Shown: positions 10,921 through 19,401 of the stretch, in pieces
How positions within the stretch are numbered: position 1 is the first letter of the stretch
Layout of the letters: every line of letters begins with the position of its first letter
DNA from: an uncultured Acidobacteriota bacterium
GTDB lineage: Bacteria > Acidobacteriota > Thermoanaerobaculia > Gp7-AA8
Assembly (NCBI GenBank): GCA_963822445.1
Contig: CAWGHO010000003.1
Span: 1,472,001 to 1,536,000, forward strand
Direction of reading: 5' to 3'
Length of the DNA: 64,000 nucleotides
Notes under the pieces: model-generated
Database searches by the model: none
The model's input: only the letters and a program-made list of their open reading frames with translations
Told to the model about the DNA's origin: nothing
Made by a program: the position numbers and the translations under genes

Positions 10921-11017
10921 GCAGTTTCGGGGTTTCGGAGGTTGATGTCGTCGGGATGTTCTTCTTCCCCGTAACCCCGCAACCTCCGTAACCCCGTAAC
11001 CTCGTAACCCCGCAACC
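10921..11017. repeat. Intergenic octamer tandem array with degenerate inverted arm
   Basis: Left GCAGTTTC-GGGGTTTC-GGAGGTTG; right about six copies of CC(C/T)CG(T/C)AA at 10967-11017. Confidence 0.75.
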
Positions 11018-11034
11018 GGTTATCATCCGCCCCC

Positions 11035-11736
11035 ATGCCTCACACCGGTCCCATCCTCGAAGGCCGCGGCAACTCAGACTACGAGCGTTACGTTCGCGTT
11101 CCGGAGTTGCTCGAGCTGCAGAAGCCTGTCGAGCAGCTTTCCCATCCTGAAGAGCGGCTTTTCCAGACCACGCACCAGGCCGCGGAGCTCTGGCTGCATC
11201 ACATCGATTACGAGATCGATCGGGTCATTTCCTACATCAGCGCTGATGAGGTCGCGCAGGGTGCCGGTCTTCTGGAGCGATGCCGGTTGATCGTCGACCT
11301 GCTTCGCGAGCAGATCGTCATCCTCGAGACCATGGCTCCCGTCGATTACCACATCATCCGCACGAGCTCACTGGGGCGGGGGAGCGGGCAGGAGTCGCCC
11401 GGGTTCAACAAACTGCTCACGGCGGGCAGACGCCTGTGGCCACCGTTCCGCGATCTGCTGGCTCGGAAGGGGACGACGGTTCTCGATCTCGAGCGCGATC
11501 CGCGGCGCGAGCAGGAGCTGTTTCGTCTGCTTCAGTCCTACATGGACTACGACGAGGCCTTCCTGAAGTGGCGGTTCACGCACATGCATCTGGCCTTCCG
11601 CATCATCGGCAACAAGGTGATGTCGCTCAAAGGCGTTCCCGCGGCGCAGCTCGAGGCCGGAACACGCGAGCCGTTGTTTCCGGAGTTGTGGGATGCCATC
11701 AGCAGCCTCACCGCGGAGTACAAGCCCACGTACTAG
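11035..11736 (+). CDS. Tryptophan 2,3-dioxygenase-like heme protein (divergent)
   Basis: YERYVRVPELLELQK, EERLFQTTHQAAELWL, GSGQESPGF, WRFTH..RIIG. Confidence 0.8.
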   Translation: MPHTGPILEGRGNSDYERYVRVPELLELQKPVEQLSHPEERLFQTTHQAAELWLHHIDYEIDRVISYISADEVAQGAGLLERCRLIVDLLREQIVILETMAPVDYHIIRTSSLGRGSGQESPGFNKLLTAGRRLWPPFRDLLARKGTTVLDLERDPRREQELFRLLQSYMDYDEAFLKWRFTHMHLAFRIIGNKVMSLKGVPAAQLEAGTREPLFPELWDAISSLTAEYKPTY

Positions 11737-11867
11737 CCGGCGATCCGCGCCGGTTTCCTTTCGCCATGACCGGGTGTCAAAGAGACTTCGGAGAGGTCTC
11801 GAAAAGACGTGTTTTTGAAGGTCGGTTTCGCGGCTAAAACTTTCGGTTTCAGCCATTACCAATTGGG

Positions 11868-11896
11868 TTGACGGTGAGAAGGTCGATCTGTATATT
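11868..11896 (+). promoter_or_regulatory. sigma70-type promoter of the TPR-TonB-ExbBDD operon
   Basis: TTGACG (11868-11873), 17-nt spacer, TATATT (11891-11896). Confidence 0.7.
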
Positions 11897-11965
11897 CGCC
11901 GCCTATTGCCTGACGCGGGCCCCCCGCGAAGTTCTGCGATCACTCATCAGGGAGTTCGGAATCTA

Positions 11966-12802
11966 ATGAAAAAGAAGTTGTGCCTCTTGGTGGCACTTTC
12001 TCTTTCCCTATCGTTGCTCGGTGGTTGCCAGAAGATCCAGGCCCGCATGGAGATTCGTGACGCCAACGATGCATACGCGAAGGAAGACTACGCGTCGGCT
12101 CTCACGCACTACGAAAAGGCGCGGCAGATCGACGGAAAGAGCTTTCCCGAACTCGGTCGGATGATCGGCTACTCCCGGATCGGCATGTTCGTTCCGGAAG
12201 ACAAGTCTCCCGCCAACCTCCAGAACGCCGACAAAGCCGTTTCCGAGCTTCGTCAGTATCTGAAGACGAAGCCGGACGATCAGATCGCGCGGGAAGCTCT
12301 CATCAACCTGTACCTCAACGCGGACCGCATCACCGATGCGATCAACTACTTCCGCGAGTGGCTGCAGACCCACCCGGCCGACATCGATGCCGTTCGCTCG
12401 ATCGCGACGCTTTACGCGAAGCAGGGCAACTTCAACGAGTCGCTGAACTGGTACGAGAAGATCACTCTGCTCGATGCCCGCAACCCCGAAGCGTTCTACA
12501 CATTCGGTGTGGTCTGCTACGAGAAGGTCGCGAAGAATCCGCCGGCCGACATGGCCGAGCGCATGGCCATCATCGAGAGAGGCAAGGGCGCGCTGCAGAA
12601 GGCGGTCAGCCTCCGCAAGGATTACTTCGAGGCGATGGTCTACCTGCAGCTGCTCTACCGGCAGCAGGCTCCCATCGAGACCGATCCCGTCAAGCAGCAG
12701 GCCCTTCTGGCCGAGGCCGATCGCATCCGCAACGAAGCGATCGCCATCGTCCGGAAGAAGAAAGCGGAAGCCGCGGCGAAGACCGCCGGCAACCAGAGCT
12801 AA
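11966..12802 (+). CDS. TPR lipoprotein
   Basis: MKKK..LSLLGGC lipobox; TPR-like helices (ESLNWYEKITLLDARNPEAFYTFG). Confidence 0.85.
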   Translation: MKKKLCLLVALSLSLSLLGGCQKIQARMEIRDANDAYAKEDYASALTHYEKARQIDGKSFPELGRMIGYSRIGMFVPEDKSPANLQNADKAVSELRQYLKTKPDDQIAREALINLYLNADRITDAINYFREWLQTHPADIDAVRSIATLYAKQGNFNESLNWYEKITLLDARNPEAFYTFGVVCYEKVAKNPPADMAERMAIIERGKGALQKAVSLRKDYFEAMVYLQLLYRQQAPIETDPVKQQALLAEADRIRNEAIAIVRKKKAEAAAKTAGNQS

Positions 12803-12814
12803 CGGAACCACACC

Positions 12815-13564
12815 ATGTTCGAAACGACAGTCGTCGAATCCAGAAAACAGAAGGTCGGGATCCAGAAGTACCTGACGCTGCCGGTGTCACTCGGCCTGCA
12901 CATCGTGGTGATTCTGGGCATCCTCTTCGGCGCGGTATGGAACGTCGAGTTCCCCACGAACTCGCCCGCCCAGGTCGCGCAGTACTCGGTGGCCGCCGCG
13001 CCGCCCCCGCCTCCGCCGCCGCCCCCGCCGCCGCCCAAAGCGGCCACGGTCAAGCCGGTGGAAGTGAGGCCGGTCGAAGTGCCGCAGGACATCCAGAATC
13101 TCGCGCCCACTACCGTTCCTGATCAGGTCAAGCCGGTCGAGGTGGAAGGCGGCGTCGAGGGTGTGGAAGGCGGCGTCGAAGGTGGAGTGGAAGGTGGTGT
13201 CGTAGGTGGTGTGGTCGGCGGCGTCGTCGGCGGCATCGTCACGGACACGATGCCTCCTCCGCCGAAAGAGCAGGCTCCGTTGCGCGTCGGCGGCGACGTC
13301 AAGGCGCCGGTGGTCATCAGCCGCGTCGAGCCGCACTACCCCGAGGTGGCGCGCAAGGCCCGGATCGCGGGCATCGTCATCGTCGAGTGCATCATCGATA
13401 AAGAAGGCCGCGTCCGGGACGTGAAGGTTCTCAAGCCGCTGCCGTTCGGACTCGATCAGGCGGCGGTGAACGCGGTCGAGAAGTGGAAGTTCCGCCCCGG
13501 CACGCTCAACGGGCAGCCGGTCGACGTCATCTTCAATCTCACAGTCAACTTCAAGCTCAACTAA
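12815..13564 (+). CDS. tonB: Energy transducer TonB
   Basis: TM helix with SLGLH, poly-Pro, GGVEGGV repeats, C-terminal PHYPEVARKARIAGIVIVECIIDKEG..WKFRPG. Confidence 0.92.
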   Translation: MFETTVVESRKQKVGIQKYLTLPVSLGLHIVVILGILFGAVWNVEFPTNSPAQVAQYSVAAAPPPPPPPPPPPPKAATVKPVEVRPVEVPQDIQNLAPTTVPDQVKPVEVEGGVEGVEGGVEGGVEGGVVGGVVGGVVGGIVTDTMPPPPKEQAPLRVGGDVKAPVVISRVEPHYPEVARKARIAGIVIVECIIDKEGRVRDVKVLKPLPFGLDQAAVNAVEKWKFRPGTLNGQPVDVIFNLTVNFKLN

Positions 13565-13619
13565 CAAGCACCGGGCCGAGGGCGTGAGCCCCGTCCCATT
13601 TGATCAGGAGGGATTTTTC

Positions 13620-14312
13620 ATGGACATGTCCTGGGGCCATCTTTGGAGAGAGATGGGTTTCGTCGGGAAGGCCGTCGTCGTCTTGATGTTTCTGATGTCG
13701 GTCTACTCGCTGTGGGTGATGGTCGAGCGTTTCATCGTCTTCCAGAAGGCGAAGAATCAGTCGCTCAAGCTGCTCGGCGCGCTTTCGAATCTGCTCACCC
13801 GCGGTGAGTATGGTCAGGCCATCGAAGTCACCAAGAAGTACAAGGCCAGCCACCTTTCGAAGGTCATCGCTGCCGGTCTGCTCGAATTCGAGGCATCACG
13901 CCGCGACAAGCGCACGACCGATCCCGAGCTCGCCGTCGAAGCGGCGCGCCAGGGCATGGACCGTACGGCCATGATCACCGTCGCTGAGCTGAAGGAGAAC
14001 CTGGGTGTTCTCGCGACCATCGGCGCCACCGCGCCGTTCGTCGGTCTCTTCGGCACGGTCATGGGCATCATCCGAGCGTTCGAAGGCATGGCCAAGTCCG
14101 GCGGCGGTATCGCCTCGGTCTCGGCCGGTATCGCCGAAGCGCTCCTCACCACGGCCGGCGGCCTCCTCGTCGCCATCCCCGCGGTGTGGGCTTACAACTA
14201 CTTCCAGAACCGCGTCGATCGCTTCACCGTCGAGATGTCGAACTCGGGCTCGGAGATGGCCATCTACTTCATGAAGGAAGTCGGAACCGGCAATGACAAA
14301 GCGGTCGTCTAA
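13620..14312 (+). CDS. exbB: MotA/TolQ/ExbB proton channel protein
   Basis: LATIGATAPFVGLFGTVMGII, GIAEALLTTAGGLLVAIPAV; GGAGG RBS upstream. Confidence 0.92.
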   Translation: MDMSWGHLWREMGFVGKAVVVLMFLMSVYSLWVMVERFIVFQKAKNQSLKLLGALSNLLTRGEYGQAIEVTKKYKASHLSKVIAAGLLEFEASRRDKRTTDPELAVEAARQGMDRTAMITVAELKENLGVLATIGATAPFVGLFGTVMGIIRAFEGMAKSGGGIASVSAGIAEALLTTAGGLLVAIPAVWAYNYFQNRVDRFTVEMSNSGSEMAIYFMKEVGTGNDKAVV

Positions 14313-14742
14313 CGTCAGTTCGCTCGGCAAGCTGAGCCGCGCGGCGCTGACGTCGGACATCAACGTCACGCCGCTGGTGGACGTCTGCCTCGTGCTTCTG
14401 ATCATTTTCATGGTCGTCACGCCCATGCTGCAGAAGGGCGTCCCGGTGAACCTGCCGGTGACCGAGCAGCCGGAGACGACACCCGATACCGACAAGCAGT
14501 TGCAGATCTCGCTGAAGGCCGACGGCTCGGTCTACCTCGGCCCGAACGTGGTCCGTAAGGATCAGGTCCAGACGGCGCTCGAGGAGATCCATCAGCGTAC
14601 GCCGGACCGCGAGATCGCCGTCAAAGGCGACAAGATGGTGAAGTACGGGGACGTGCTCGACGTCCTCAAGGCCTGCCGTGAGGTCGGCTTCAACGACGTC
14701 GGTTTGATCGCGCAGCCCAAGAGAGGGCCCGGAGAGGTCTAG
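14293..14742 (+). CDS. exbD: ExbD/TolR family protein 1
   Basis: DINVTPLVDVCLVLLIIFMV; KGDKMVKYG. Confidence 0.92.
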   Translation: MTKRSSNVSSLGKLSRAALTSDINVTPLVDVCLVLLIIFMVVTPMLQKGVPVNLPVTEQPETTPDTDKQLQISLKADGSVYLGPNVVRKDQVQTALEEIHQRTPDREIAVKGDKMVKYGDVLDVLKACREVGFNDVGLIAQPKRGPGEV

Positions 14743-14746
14743 TCAC

Positions 14747-15184
14747 ATGCAAGTAGGTGGCAGCGGCTCAATGAATTCGGACATCAACGTCACACCGTTG
14801 GTGGACGTTGTGCTCGTACTTCTGATCATCTTCATGGTCATCACGCCGGTCGTCCAGATGGGCTATCTGGTCAAGGTTCCGCCGAAAGCACCCGCGAACC
14901 TCCCTCCGTCCGCGGTGCAGGACCAGATCGTTCTGCGTCTCTATACGGGCGACCGGGTCATGATCAACAAGGAAGAGCTGACCATGGCTCAGTTCCCCGG
15001 CCGGGTTCGTGAGATCCTGCGCGGCAACACCTCGAAGATGGTGTTCTTCGCCGGCGGTCGCGACGTCGATTACGAGACGACGATGAAGTTCCTCGACCTG
15101 GCCCGCGCCAGCGGCGCCCGGAACATCGGCATCATCGTCGAGGATCCGATCGCGTCCCCCGCGGCATCGGCCATCGGGCAGTAA
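14747..15184 (+). CDS. exbD: ExbD/TolR family protein 2
   Basis: DINVTPLVDVVLVLLIIFMV. Confidence 0.9.
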   Translation: MQVGGSGSMNSDINVTPLVDVVLVLLIIFMVITPVVQMGYLVKVPPKAPANLPPSAVQDQIVLRLYTGDRVMINKEELTMAQFPGRVREILRGNTSKMVFFAGGRDVDYETTMKFLDLARASGARNIGIIVEDPIASPAASAIGQ

Positions 15185-15206
15185 ACTCAACGCAAGCGAA
15201 GTTACG

Positions 15207-15233
15207 AAAACGGCGGCGCGAGCCGCCGTTTTT
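15207..15233. terminator. Bidirectional intrinsic terminator
   Basis: AAAACGGCGGC-GCGA-GCCGCCGTTTTT between convergent genes. Confidence 0.85.
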
Positions 15234-15236
15234 CAT

Positions 15237-15458
15237 TTACGCCGCGAAGGAGATGATCTCGAGTTCCGTGGAAGACCCGACGCGCGAGAGAAGGTCCTCC
15301 ACCCGGGCGAAGGTTGGATCATCGAGAGCGTACTCAGCGCAACGTTCGCACTGATACACGGGGATTCCTTTCATGACCACGATGGTGCGATCTCCGGTCT
15401 TGAATGGCAGATCGGTCTCGACGCGATGCTGCACGCCACCGCAAACCCTGCATTTCAT
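15237..15458 (-). CDS. YgiT-type zinc-finger protein (MqsA N-domain-like antitoxin)
   Basis: MKCRVCGG...VMKGIPVYQCERCAE. Confidence 0.85.
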   Translation of the reverse strand: MKCRVCGGVQHRVETDLPFKTGDRTIVVMKGIPVYQCERCAEYALDDPTFARVEDLLSRVGSSTELEIISFAA

Positions 15459-15778
15459 CGCTTTCTCCTGTTCTTGAAGTCCGGCGGATCCCATTCTTCG
15501 GGATCGGGCCGGTAGGCCGTGACGACGCGGGCGTTGTCTCCCTCGAGGTCAATGGCAAACAGTACGTGAAACCCTGACGATGCAACCAGATAGCTAGGCA
15601 GGTACTTGTCGTCAGGATACGACTCGATGATTGAGTATGCGTCGACCGTGTTCAGGATCTCTGCCCGTGTGATGTGTCTCCGTTCGAGGCGCATGTTCAC
15701 GTGGTAAGTCCAGAAGAGCTTCCGCTGTCGGACGCATTTCTGAATGAACCCGAGTGGATCGTCGGCCTGCTTTGACAT
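15455..15778 (-). CDS. DUF4258-family protein (putative toxin)
   Basis: WTYHVNMRL..R.I, IIESYPDDKYLPSYLV, VVTAYRPDPEEW; 4-nt overlap with the zinc-finger gene. Confidence 0.85.
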   Translation of the reverse strand: MSKQADDPLGFIQKCVRQRKLFWTYHVNMRLERRHITRAEILNTVDAYSIIESYPDDKYLPSYLVASSGFHVLFAIDLEGDNARVVTAYRPDPEEWDPPDFKNRRKR

Positions 15779-16350
15779 GCTGGTTGAAACCGTTGAACAC
15801 GATGATCGCGCATGAAATTTTGCCGCGCGGTCCAGTCAGTGAGCGTGAAGAGCATGAACATCGCCACGAACCCAGGCGCCGCCGATTTCCGCCGCGGCAG
15901 CAAAGCCGCCATCCGTTCATCGATCCTGAGCAGGTGATCCACTGAGATTTTTCCCCCGCCCGTGAGCAGCAGCGCGAGGCACATCGCGAACAGCGCCAGC
16001 GGCATCTCGATCCCGCGCAGGGCAACGAAAGCCTTGATTGCACCCGGCTGCACCTCGAACAATGCGTCGGGGAGTTGCACGATGAAGGCGGCCACGAACA
16101 TAGTGCCCGCCAGGAGCAGCGCATCGAGACGCGTCAGAAACCCGGCGATGAGCAGGACGGCCCCGATGACCTCGGCGTACGCGGCGACGTAACCGAGCAG
16201 CGAGGGGATGTTGTAGTTAGCGGCGATGTCGGCGGCGAAGGCGGCCGCTCCGCCGTCTCCGGCGACCTTCGACCAGCCGTGGGGGAGGAAGATCAATCCC
16301 GCGGCGATGCGCAGGATCAACGCGGCGAGGTCTCCGGCAACATTCCTCAT
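15697..16350 (-). CDS. DoxX family membrane protein
   Basis: LILRIAAGLIFLPHGWSK, AEVIGAVLLIAGFLTR, GIE.PL, GGGKISVD; 3' end overlaps the DUF4258 gene and is uncertain. Confidence 0.82.
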   Translation of the reverse strand: MRNVAGDLAALILRIAAGLIFLPHGWSKVAGDGGAAAFAADIAANYNIPSLLGYVAAYAEVIGAVLLIAGFLTRLDALLLAGTMFVAAFIVQLPDALFEVQPGAIKAFVALRGIEMPLALFAMCLALLLTGGGKISVDHLLRIDERMAALLPRRKSAAPGFVAMFMLFTLTDWTARQNFMRDHRVQRFQPACQSRPTIHSGSFRNASDSGSSSGLTT

Positions 16351-16362
16351 GTCCCCTCCTCG

Positions 16363-17184
16363 GTGAACGGCGGCAAACGCCCCGCCGGGCTGGCGGAACG
16401 GGTGATCGCTCCCGTTTTCCTGTTCGTGTCGTTCTATGTTGCCACACTCATCCTTTTGAGCTGGCTTCGCTTCCCCTTCCAGCAGTGGATCGGGCTGATC
16501 TCCGCCACCGTCGCCACCGTCCTGACCATCCTCATCCTCGACCGCGGCCGCTGGGACCTCGGCCTGTTCGTGCCGCCGCGCCTGGCCGTTCGCGAGTTTC
16601 TGATCGGCAGCGCGTGGGGGATCGCGCTGATCGGAGTCGCCGCGATCATCGTCATCCTCACCACGGAGGTACGGCACGGTCCCGGACGCGGATTCCCCTG
16701 GGCCGAGCTCGCGGCGGTCTTTCTCCCGGCGGCAATTCATGAGGAGCTCGTCTTTCGTGGCTATCCCTTCCAGAAGCTCGTGAAGATGAACGCGACCTTC
16801 GCGGTCGTGGCGATCGCGCTCCTCTTCGCCGCACTGCACGCGAACAACTCCTCGGTCACTCCGCTCGGCCTGCTGAACATCTTTCTGGGCGGAGTCCTGC
16901 TCGGCGTCGCCTACCTGCGGTACCGCCGGCTCTGGTTCCCGATCGGCCTGCACCTCGCCTGGAACCTCATGACCGGCCCGATCCTCGGTCACGAAGTCAG
17001 CGGCTATCAGGGCTACGAGACGGTTCTCACCGAGAGCGGGCAGGGCCCCTGGTGGCTCTCGGGAGGGGAGTTCGGGATCGAGGGGAGCGTGGTCATGACG
17101 GCAGTGGAACTACTGGCAATCGCGTTGCTCAGCCGAACGCGGAATGCAGAAGGCAGAATGCAGAAGGCAGAATGCAGAACATGA
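16363..17184 (+). CDS. CPBP (Abi/CAAX) intramembrane metalloprotease
   Basis: EELVFRGY, LFAALH, LWFPIGLHLAWN, GGEFGIEGS; start uncertain. Confidence 0.88.
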   Translation: MNGGKRPAGLAERVIAPVFLFVSFYVATLILLSWLRFPFQQWIGLISATVATVLTILILDRGRWDLGLFVPPRLAVREFLIGSAWGIALIGVAAIIVILTTEVRHGPGRGFPWAELAAVFLPAAIHEELVFRGYPFQKLVKMNATFAVVAIALLFAALHANNSSVTPLGLLNIFLGGVLLGVAYLRYRRLWFPIGLHLAWNLMTGPILGHEVSGYQGYETVLTESGQGPWWLSGGEFGIEGSVVMTAVELLAIALLSRTRNAEGRMQKAECRT

Positions 17185-17231
17185 GAATGCCCTAGGTCGT
17201 TTTTGCATTCTGCATTCTGCATTCTGCATTT
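17142..17231. repeat. Heptamer tandem array plus inverted heptamer array (long hairpin)
   Basis: (GAATGCA/GAAGGCA)x5 at 17142-17176, about 27-nt spacer, (TGCATTC)x3 + TGCATTT at 17204-17231. Confidence 0.92.
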
Positions 17232-17246
17232 TCGAACGGAGTGAGA

Positions 17247-18422
17247 ATGAAAGAACTCGTGATCGTCGACGGCGCCCGCACGCCGATGGCGGAATACAAC
17301 GGACACTTCAGCGACATCAGCGCGATCGACCTCGGCGTCATCGCCGCGAAGGAAGCCCTCAGACGCAGCGGATTCGCCGGCGAGGAGATCGATCACGTCA
17401 TCGTCGGCAACGCCCTGCAGACCTCGGGCGATGCGATCTACGGAGCGCGTCACGTCGGCTTGAAAGCCGGCGTTCCGAAACAGGTTCCCGCGCTGACCGT
17501 GAATCGCCTTTGCGGATCCGGAATCCAGTCGATCATCAGCGGCGCCGAGCAGATCCAGCTCGATGAAGCCACCACCGTACTCGCCGGAGGCATGGAGAAC
17601 ATGTCCCAGGCCCCGTTCGTCGTACGCGGCGCGCGCAAAGGCCTCAAGCTCGGACAGGGCAACATGGAAGACTCGCTGATGGTGGCGCTGCTCGACACCT
17701 ACGCCGGTCTCTACATGGCTCAAACCTCGGACAACCTCGCGCGCAAGTACGAGATCTCGCGCGAGCAGCAGGACGAGTTCGCGCTGCGCAGCCAGACCTG
17801 CGCGGGCGAGGCGGTGAAGAACGGCCGCCTGCAGGAAGAGATCGTCGCGGTTCCGGTCGGGCGCAAAGGTGAATTGATCACTGCCGATGACCACATGCGC
17901 CCCGACACGACGATGGAAATCCTGGGCAAGCTCAAACCGGCATTCGCCAAAGACGGTTTCGTCACCGCAGGCAATGCCTCGGGCATCGTCGACGGCGCGG
18001 CCATGCTCGTCGTCACCACCGCGGACAAGGCGAAGGAAAAGGGCAAGACTCCGCTCGGCCGCATCGTCTCGTGGGGCGTCGCGGGATGCGATCCCGAGAT
18101 CATGGGCATCGGTCCCGTTCCGGCGACGCAGATCGCGTTGAAGAAGGCCGGTCTGAAACTCGACGACATCGATCTGATCGAGATCAACGAAGCCTTCGCC
18201 GGCCAGATCCTCGCCGTGGCGAAAGAGCTCGGCATCGACAAGGAAAAGCTGAACGTGAACGGCGGCGCGATCGCGCTCGGCCATCCACTCGGTGCTTCCG
18301 GAACGCGGCTCGTGCTGACCCTTCTGTACGAGCTTCGCCGCCGCAAGCAGCGCTACGGCCTGGCCTCGGCGTGCATCGGTGGCGGACAGGGCATCGCCAT
18401 GATCGTGGAGAGTGCGGCGTGA
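17247..18422 (+). CDS. Acetyl-CoA C-acyltransferase (thiolase)
   Basis: TVNRLCGSG, TAGNASGIVDGA, EINEAFA, NVNGGAIALGHPLGASG, CIGGGQG. Confidence 0.96.
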   Translation: MKELVIVDGARTPMAEYNGHFSDISAIDLGVIAAKEALRRSGFAGEEIDHVIVGNALQTSGDAIYGARHVGLKAGVPKQVPALTVNRLCGSGIQSIISGAEQIQLDEATTVLAGGMENMSQAPFVVRGARKGLKLGQGNMEDSLMVALLDTYAGLYMAQTSDNLARKYEISREQQDEFALRSQTCAGEAVKNGRLQEEIVAVPVGRKGELITADDHMRPDTTMEILGKLKPAFAKDGFVTAGNASGIVDGAAMLVVTTADKAKEKGKTPLGRIVSWGVAGCDPEIMGIGPVPATQIALKKAGLKLDDIDLIEINEAFAGQILAVAKELGIDKEKLNVNGGAIALGHPLGASGTRLVLTLLYELRRRKQRYGLASACIGGGQGIAMIVESAA

Positions 18423-18715
18423 AGGCGCTCGCGCTGTTTCTCGTCCTGATGGGAGCGACGGCCGCGCAGGCCGCGGACCTGAAAGGCACGGTGACTCTTC
18501 ACGAGAAGGACGCGGACGTCCGCGACATCCTCAAATCGATGCAGAAACAGTGCGGCATCCGCAATCTGGTCATCGACCCGGACGTCGCCGGCAAAGGCAC
18601 GCTCTACTTCAAGCAGGTGCCCTGCGCGACGGCCTTCCGCGTCGTCTTCCGGCAGTTCGGTCTCGCCGGCCAGCCCGATCCGAACGTGCTCTTCGTCCAG
18701 ACGCGTCCTCGCTGA
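18419..18715 (+). CDS. Small secreted protein, stand-alone secretin-N0/STN-like domain
   Basis: GTG start overlapping the thiolase stop; signal peptide; VTLHEKDADVRDIL...NLVIDPDVAGKGTLYFKQVP..AF.VVF.Q.GL. Confidence 0.7.
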   Translation: MKALALFLVLMGATAAQAADLKGTVTLHEKDADVRDILKSMQKQCGIRNLVIDPDVAGKGTLYFKQVPCATAFRVVFRQFGLAGQPDPNVLFVQTRPR

Positions 18716-19401
18716 TGACGCATCGCACGAAAATCAAGGTGGCGGTGGCGCTGCTGATCGCCACCGTCGTCGCCGCGCTGTGGTTCTCGCCACTCCGTGC
18801 TTACCTGACGCGTGAGAACGTGCGTGCGGCAGTTGAGCATCTTCGCGGCATCTGGTACGGGCCGATCGTCTTCATGCTCGTCTACGCGACGGCGTGCATC
18901 TTCGCCGTGCCGGCTTCGCTGTTCTGCCTCGCCGCCGGCTTCATCTGGGGCTGGATGCTCGGCGGAACGTACACGGTGATCGGCGGCCTGTTCGGCGCGA
19001 TCGCGTCGTTCTACGTCGCGCGTTTCGTCGGCGAGGGGTTGATTCATCGCTTCGGCCGCCTCGGACAATTCGTCGCGAAGCAGGCCGATCACGCCGGCTT
19101 TCGGTCGTTGCTCGTGCTGCGCTTCATCCCGGGCATTCCGTTCGCGGTGTTGAACTACGGCGCGGGCGTGGCGGGAGTGCGATTCCGCGATTACGTCGCG
19201 GCGACGTTTCTGGGCATTCTTCCGCCGACGTTCGTCTTCGCCTACTTCGCGGACGCGCTGTTCAACGGCACGATCAGCGAAGGCGTGGTCGTGCAACGGA
19301 TGATCATCGCGGCGGCACTGATGATCGGCATCACGCTGCTGCCGGCGCTGGTGAAGCGCCTGTCGAAGCGGACCGCGGACGTCAAGAACCTGCCGGGGTA
19401 G
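18715..19401 (+). CDS. TVP38/TMEM64 (DedA/VTT) membrane protein
   Basis: FAVPASLFCLAAGFIWG, SFYVARFVG, LRFIPGIPFAVLNYGAG. Confidence 0.9.
   Translation: MTHRTKIKVAVALLIATVVAALWFSPLRAYLTRENVRAAVEHLRGIWYGPIVFMLVYATACIFAVPASLFCLAAGFIWGWMLGGTYTVIGGLFGAIASFYVARFVGEGLIHRFGRLGQFVAKQADHAGFRSLLVLRFIPGIPFAVLNYGAGVAGVRFRDYVAATFLGILPPTFVFAYFADALFNGTISEGVVVQRMIIAAALMIGITLLPALVKRLSKRTADVKNLPG

Noticed and set aside
8112-11036. 974-aa minus-strand ORF
   Set aside because: Antisense shadow of the GWxTD gene and ribBA; no motifs, and its N-terminus is just the translated octamer repeat.
11737-11865. Possible ncRNA upstream of the TonB operon promoter
   Set aside because: Only short hairpins and no recognisable riboswitch or tRNA motif; an Rfam scan would be needed.
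13000-13240. CCG-rich and GGCGTCGAAGGT-type repeats
   Set aside because: They encode the poly-Pro and GGVEGG linker of TonB; not CRISPR or a mobile repeat.
17142-17231. Possible CRISPR array
   Set aside because: Units are 7 nt with no unique spacers and no cas genes; kept only as an inverted tandem repeat.
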